The notes below the pieces were generated by a model that saw only the letters and a program-made list of their open reading frames with translations, did no database searches and was not told the origin of the DNA. Positions 59,249 to 64,000 of a DNA stretch of 64,000 nucleotides are shown here, in pieces (positions within the stretch are counted from its first letter, which is position 1; each line of letters begins with the position of its first letter). The stretch is from assembly GCA_040375715.1 (NCBI GenBank), contig JBEIRX010000004.1, positions 388 to 64,387 of the forward strand, in the 5' to 3' direction. The translations under genes were made by a program, and so were the position numbers. Origin of the DNA: Aphanothece sp. (GTDB lineage: Bacteria; Cyanobacteriota; Cyanobacteriia; PCC-6307; Cyanobiaceae).

Positions 59249-59911
59249 TTACCCGTCTGCAGGAGGCCGCTCGCCAAAGAGCCCGGAACCCACACGAACC
59301 CAGGTGCTGCCTGCCTTCACAGCCTCCTGCCAGTCGCCGCTCATGCCCATCGACAGCTCTGGCAGACCGAGCTCCCTGGCCAGGGCGGCACACTGCTGGA
59401 AGAGGGCAAGTCGTTCAGGGGGCTTCAACCCCTGGGGTGCCATGGTCATCAGCCCCTGGAGCCGGAGGGGATCCATCGCCACCAGATCAGGGCAGAGCAG
59501 GCGCAACGTGGCTGGATCAAACCCGGTCTTGCCTGGATCCGGCAGGATTTTCACTTGAGCGAAGACCACCGGAGACACCCCCTCCTCCTGGGCGATGCGC
59601 TGCAGCCGCTCAGCAAGGGGCAGGCTGTCAAGAGAATGGATGGTGCCGAAGTGCCGCAGGACCCCGCGCACCTTGTTGGCCTGCAGGCGGCCGATGAAAT
59701 GCCAGTCGAGGGGAGGGAGATCCCCTAAGGCCAGCTGCTTGGCCTGAGCTTCCTGCAGACGGCTCTCGCCGAAGCTCTGCTGGCCCAGGGCCACAGCTTC
59801 GCGAATCACCTCCGCCGGTTGGCCCTTGCTCACGGCCAGCAAACGGCAGCTGGGGGGCAGGCTGTGGCGCAAGGCCGCGTAGCGATCGGCCATCGCCGGA
59901 ACGGCGGCCAT
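59249..59911 (-). CDS. pipY: PLP-binding protein YggS/PipY
   Basis: LLAVSK, FGESRLQEA, WHFIGRLQANK, LSMGMSGD, VRVGSGLFG. Confidence 0.93.
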   Translation of the reverse strand: MAAVPAMADRYAALRHSLPPSCRLLAVSKGQPAEVIREAVALGQQSFGESRLQEAQAKQLALGDLPPLDWHFIGRLQANKVRGVLRHFGTIHSLDSLPLAERLQRIAQEEGVSPVVFAQVKILPDPGKTGFDPATLRLLCPDLVAMDPLRLQGLMTMAPQGLKPPERLALFQQCAALARELGLPELSMGMSGDWQEAVKAGSTWVRVGSGLFGERPPADG

Positions 59912-59916
59912 GGCTG

Positions 59917-60183
59917 TCAGAGAAAGGTCTGGTCAAAGAGCTGGCGCCAGCGGGCCAGCTCCATCTGGCCCTCCCGCCGGGCACGGGCCAGATTCTGCTC
60001 TGCAAAATGGCGGGCATCCGTGAGGGGAATCACCTCAAATGTGGCCCCTCTGGCCTGCAGAGTGACCAAAAAAAAGATCCTCTGGGCATAGAGCGTAGCG
60101 AAGAGATCCCTGTTCTCCCCAGCCGGAGCGACCCGATAGAGCATCCCAAAGGTGGGATGGCTGAGATACCGCTCTGCGCTCAC
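59917..60183 (-). CDS. pipX: PII-interacting protein PipX
   Basis: ERYLSHPTFGMLY, FATLYAQRIFFLV; GTG start. Confidence 0.93.
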   Translation of the reverse strand: MSAERYLSHPTFGMLYRVAPAGENRDLFATLYAQRIFFLVTLQARGATFEVIPLTDARHFAEQNLARARREGQMELARWRQLFDQTFL

Positions 60184-60243
60184 GAGCCACAACGAACTAC
60201 GCCCATTAAAGGCCACAGGCTGCTGGGCGCCCATGACCACCAT

Positions 60244-61185
60244 TCAGGCCAATCCCGCCCTCCACCGCAGCAGCAGGAGCAAGACCAGCCCAAGAGTACC
60301 GAGCAAGGTGGGGAGCCAGGCCGTGGGTTGTGGTTGATGCAGTCGATCCGGCGGCAACCAATGACCTCCACGGGCCATCAGGGCTTCAGCCCCCTGTTCA
60401 GATCGCAGCAAAACGTTAGCCAGGAGGCGCTCCCCCACCGCCAACACCAGAGTCAGTCCAGCCTTCCAGCCGAGGGATCGAAGATTCACCGCGCGGGTGG
60501 CCAGGGCCCGCAGGAGATTCTGCAGCTCCTCCTGCACGAGGGGCAGAAACCGCAGGGCCAGCAGAAGCGTGAACCCCAGCCGCTCCATCGGCCAGCCCAG
60601 CCAGGCCAGGGGGCGCAACCACCAGTTGATGGCCCAGACCAGGGCTTCAGGAGCTGTGGTGAGGAGCAAAAGGTTGGCGCTGTGTACCACCGTGAAGAGC
60701 AGGGTGGAAGCATTGAGAGCGAGCTCCGCCGATTTCCGGGTGACCACCAGCGGGCCCAGGGACAGGGGGCCCAAACCAACCGGGCCCCAGCGGGCCAGCT
60801 CCCAGGGCAGGCCACTGCGTTCAGGGGTCCCGCCCCCCTGCGATGGAGCCAGAAGAATCTCCCCTGGAGGCCGCTGCAGTCCAGCTCCTGGAGCCGGAGA
60901 GGCGGGCAGCACAAGGGAGAGCAGACCCACCAGGAGCGCAAAGACCAGCAGGGCCGGCACCGATCGTTGCCAGAGCCGCAGGGGCACCCCGCTGAAGAGG
61001 GTCACCAGGAGCAGCAGGCCCACCAGCGAGAGCCGCCAGCTGGGCCCCGCCAGCACGGGTGTCACCAGGAACGCCAGGGTCCAGGCCAGTTTCAGCCTCG
61101 GATCCAGGCGGTGCAACCAGCCGGATCCAACACCGGAGGAAGCATCCACGTATTGGCCGATCGGAATCTGGCGCAGCCAGTCCAT
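60244..61185 (-). CDS. ECF transporter T component (CbiQ-like)
   Basis: GQYV, LDPRLKL, TTAPE, LRFLPLVQEE, A.ALMARG. Confidence 0.88.
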   Translation of the reverse strand: MDWLRQIPIGQYVDASSGVGSGWLHRLDPRLKLAWTLAFLVTPVLAGPSWRLSLVGLLLLVTLFSGVPLRLWQRSVPALLVFALLVGLLSLVLPASPAPGAGLQRPPGEILLAPSQGGGTPERSGLPWELARWGPVGLGPLSLGPLVVTRKSAELALNASTLLFTVVHSANLLLLTTAPEALVWAINWWLRPLAWLGWPMERLGFTLLLALRFLPLVQEELQNLLRALATRAVNLRSLGWKAGLTLVLAVGERLLANVLLRSEQGAEALMARGGHWLPPDRLHQPQPTAWLPTLLGTLGLVLLLLLRWRAGLA

Positions 61186-62549
61186 CAGCGGCGATCGATC
61201 CCTTGACGCGCCTGATCCCGCTCAGCATCACGCTGCTGCTTGCCCCGCCAGAAAAGCCGAATGGGAGTGCCTTCAAAGCCGAGGCCCTCTCGGATCTGCC
61301 GCTCCACATAGCGGCGGTAGGTGTCGCCGAAGAGCTTCGGTTCGTTGACGAACAGGGTGAAGCTTGGTGGTCTTGAAGCCACCTGGGTGCCGTAGTAGAG
61401 GCGGCCCTGCCGGCCGCCGCGGGTAGCGGGAGGCGAGCGCCACTGCAGGGCCTCCTGCAGCACTTCATTCACCACGGAGGTGCTCACCCGCCGCTGGTGC
61501 TGCTCCACGGCAGCGGCAGCCAGGGGGAAAATGCCCTGTACTCGCTGGCCGGTGAGCGCGGAGGTGAAGAGCATGGGGGCCCAATCCAAAAAATAGAGGC
61601 GATTGCGGAGCTCCCGTTCCATCTGATGCAGGGTATGGCTGTCTTTCTCCACCGCGTCCCATTTGTTCACCACCACCACACAGGCTCGGCCGGCCTCCTC
61701 GATCCGTCCCGCCAGGCGTTGATCCTGCTCGGTGACCCCATCGAGGGCATCGATCACAAGCACACAGACATCACTGCGATCAATCGCCTTGAAGCTGCGG
61801 TTGATGCCAAAGAATTCAGGGCCGTACTCCACGCTGCTGCGGCGGCGGATCCCTGCCGTATCGAGGAGCTTCCAGGAGCGGCCATCCCGCTCGAGGGTCG
61901 TATCGATGGTGTCGCGCGTGGTGCCACGGATCGGGCTCACGATGGCGCGCGGCTCTCCGCAGATGGCATTGAGCAGGCTCGACTTGCCCACGTTGGGACG
62001 ACCGATGATAGCCATCTGGATGGGCTCCTCACCCTCTTCCTCCGGTGCCGGGGGCAGGAGGGTCACCAGTTGATCAAGCAGCTCTCCGGTGCCGGCGCCA
62101 TGGATGGCGGAAATGGCATAGGGTTCGCCTAACCCGAGGCTCCAGAATTCGGAGGCCATGGCCAGGCCCTGCTGTGGCGACTCGCATTTGTTCACCGCCA
62201 CCAGCACGGGCACCTTCTGGAAGCGGAGCCATTCAGCGATGCTCTCATCGGCGGCGGTGAGACCCTGCTGCCCATCCACCACCATCACAGCGGCAGCGGC
62301 CTCCTCCAGAGCAAGTTTGGCCTGCTCCCGGATCTCTGGTAGAAATTCGCTGTCGTCGGCGAACACCAAACCGCCCGTATCCACCACCTTGAAATGGTGA
62401 TCGCCCCAGAAGGCCTCCTGATAGGTGCGATCACGGGTGACCCCTGGCTCATCGTGCACGATGGCTTCCCGGCTACGGCACAGCCGGTTGACAAAGGTCG
62501 ACTTCCCCACATTGGGGCGCCCGAGGATGGCCACCACCGGAAGAGTCAA
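61185..62549 (-). CDS. der: Ribosome biogenesis GTPase Der (EngA)
   Basis: Two GRPNVGKS P-loops, DTGG/DTAG, NKCE/NKWD, KH-like tail. Confidence 0.97.
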   Translation of the reverse strand: MTLPVVAILGRPNVGKSTFVNRLCRSREAIVHDEPGVTRDRTYQEAFWGDHHFKVVDTGGLVFADDSEFLPEIREQAKLALEEAAAAVMVVDGQQGLTAADESIAEWLRFQKVPVLVAVNKCESPQQGLAMASEFWSLGLGEPYAISAIHGAGTGELLDQLVTLLPPAPEEEGEEPIQMAIIGRPNVGKSSLLNAICGEPRAIVSPIRGTTRDTIDTTLERDGRSWKLLDTAGIRRRSSVEYGPEFFGINRSFKAIDRSDVCVLVIDALDGVTEQDQRLAGRIEEAGRACVVVVNKWDAVEKDSHTLHQMERELRNRLYFLDWAPMLFTSALTGQRVQGIFPLAAAAVEQHQRRVSTSVVNEVLQEALQWRSPPATRGGRQGRLYYGTQVASRPPSFTLFVNEPKLFGDTYRRYVERQIREGLGFEGTPIRLFWRGKQQRDAERDQARQGIDRR

Positions 62550-62603
62550 GCTGTAGAACCCCACCGACTGGCGCTTCCTCGACCCTAACGCGCAGCCTCA
62601 TCA

Positions 62604-63065
62604 TCAGCTCACGGGAGGATCCCCGGGATGGCCGAAGCGTGGATCAGCGGGAGGCTCCAGCAGAGGGGGCATGGGGCCGGTTTCAGGGAGCGGTTCGCCA
62701 CGCTCCGCGAGTTGGGCCAGCATCCAGTTCACGGCAGTGGCCCTGCGGGTGCGCCGCGGATAGAGCTCACTGATGCGATAGCCGGCAAAGCCCAATTGCT
62801 GCTTCAGCAGCTGCTTGTGGGTGGGCGGCACGGAACGGGTGAGCGCCACGCTGGCGGGTCGCTGGGCGATCACTTCGGGCGCCTGGGGGAAGGCCTCGGC
62901 CCAGAGGGCTGGGGTGTCGGGCCCTGCTTGCCAGGCGGTACTGGCCTCGTCCTCAGGAGGCAGATAGCCCAGGCGTTGCCACACCAGTTCACAAACGAAA
63001 CGATCACTGGTGCGGTCTGCCAGCACCGCCTCCAGAAGAGCCCGGCTGAGGGGATAGAGCATCAA
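62604..63065 (-). CDS. DUF1823-like protein
   Basis: LVWQRLGY, RPASVALTRS, HKQLLKQQLGFAGY, PRRTRRATAVNW. Confidence 0.82.
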   Translation of the reverse strand: MMLYPLSRALLEAVLADRTSDRFVCELVWQRLGYLPPEDEASTAWQAGPDTPALWAEAFPQAPEVIAQRPASVALTRSVPPTHKQLLKQQLGFAGYRISELYPRRTRRATAVNWMLAQLAERGEPLPETGPMPPLLEPPADPRFGHPGDPPVS

Positions 63066-63088
63066 CCGCCATTCAACAATGGGCCACC

Positions 63089-64000
63089 ATGATGACCGTG
63101 CCGCCCCCTCTCCTGCTTCCCGGCAACGGCACGCCCCGTCAGCTCAGCTGCCGGGTGCTCCAATCCCCTCTGGCCGGGGTGAGCGATCGGGTGTTCCGCA
63201 GCCTGGTGCGCCGCTGGGCACCGGACGCCCTGCTGTTCACGGAGATGGTGAATGCCACCAGCCTGGAGCTGGGCCATGGCACCCGCAAGGTGCAGGAGCT
63301 GGCGGAGGAATGCGGCCCCATTGCTGTGCAGCTCTTCGACCACCGCCCTGGGGCCATGGCGGAAGCGGCCCGGCGGGCCGAAGGCGCCGGGGCCTTTTTG
63401 ATCGACATCAACATGGGCTGCCCCGTGAAGAAAATCACCCGCAAGGGAGGGGGCAGTGGGCTGATCCGTGACCCGGATCTGGCAGCACGCATCCTGGAGG
63501 CGGTGGCGGCCGCGGTTCGCATCCCTGTCACCGTAAAGACGCGCCTGGGCTGGTGCGGCAACCCAGATGCCGTGGCCTGGTGCCGGCGGCTGGAAGAGGC
63601 CGGCGCCCAGCTGCTCACCCTGCATGGCCGCACTCGCGAACAGGGGTTCCGCGGCCAGGCCGACTGGGCAGCGATCGCTGTGGTGAAACGGGCCCTGCAC
63701 ATTCCGGTGATCGCCAACGGGGATGTGTGCAGTCCGGAAGAGGCCCGGCAGTGTCTGGCCCTCACCGGCGCCGATGGGGTGATGGTGGGGCGCGGCACCA
63801 TGGGCGCTCCCTGGCTGGTGGGGCAGATCGATGCAGCCCTGAGCGGCCGGCCTGTGCCGCCCACGCCAGACTCCCTGGAGCGGGTCCAGCTGGCGAGGGA
63901 ACAGCTGCAGGCGCTGGTCTTGTCCCACGGCCACCACGGCCTGCTGATCGCCCGCAAGCACATGAGCTGGACCTGCACGGGCTTCCCCGGCGCATCCCAG
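63089..64000 (+). CDS. dusB: tRNA-dihydrouridine synthase, runs off the window end
   Basis: Hand translation from ATG 63089: QSPLAGVSD, FTEMV, IDINMGCP, TVKTRLG, LHGRTR, IANGD, VMVGRG. Confidence 0.93.
   Translation, partial: MMTVPPPLLLPGNGTPRQLSCRVLQSPLAGVSDRVFRSLVRRWAPDALLFTEMVNATSLELGHGTRKVQELAEECGPIAVQLFDHRPGAMAEAARRAEGAGAFLIDINMGCPVKKITRKGGGSGLIRDPDLAARILEAVAAAVRIPVTVKTRLGWCGNPDAVAWCRRLEEAGAQLLTLHGRTREQGFRGQADWAAIAVVKRALHIPVIANGDVCSPEEARQCLALTGADGVMVGRGTMGAPWLVGQIDAALSGRPVPPTPDSLERVQLAREQLQALVLSHGHHGLLIARKHMSWTCTGFPGASQ

Noticed and set aside
57732-62549. der-ecfT-pipX-pipY-sepF-proC cluster
   Set aside because: Well-known conserved cyanobacterial synteny.

Overview
GC-rich chromosomal segment of a picocyanobacterium (Cyanobium/Synechococcus-like), judged from the split rpoC1/rpoC2, pipX-pipY-sepF-proC, an hli gene and a long Pro-rich IF2. 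Most of it is core genome: biotin cluster (bioF, esterase, bioC, bioD, bioA), rsmG, rlmN, rpoB-rpoC1-rpoC2, tatD, rpsT, hisD, rpiA, htrA, rimP-nusA-ylxR-infB, tRNA-Thr, def, gluQ, HU, glgX, tRNA-Gly, plsY, der and dusB. Three accessory patches stand out. (1) About 9.6-18.3 kb holds ampG/kinase/DOMON, a lipocalin, FAH plus a ThDP decarboxylase, and a tightly coupled, phage-free cassette of holin-like membrane protein, lysozyme-M15 peptidase fusion and secreted protein; this is the best candidate for an undescribed system. (2) About 42.3-44.0 kb holds small ORFs, including a HicA-like/eRF1-like fusion. (3) A lower-GC islet of about 4.8 kb at the 3' end of tRNA-Gly carries a large membrane patatin, an intact vapBC, a decayed GNAT/DUF1778 TA pair and a DUF2252 relic. 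Sequence anomalies: an inverted, diverged bioF fragment at bases 1-72, a frameshift in a G8 tract in bioC, and a GYN-to-GYK change next to the RpoB active-site acids. All family calls are by eye from motifs; no searches were run.
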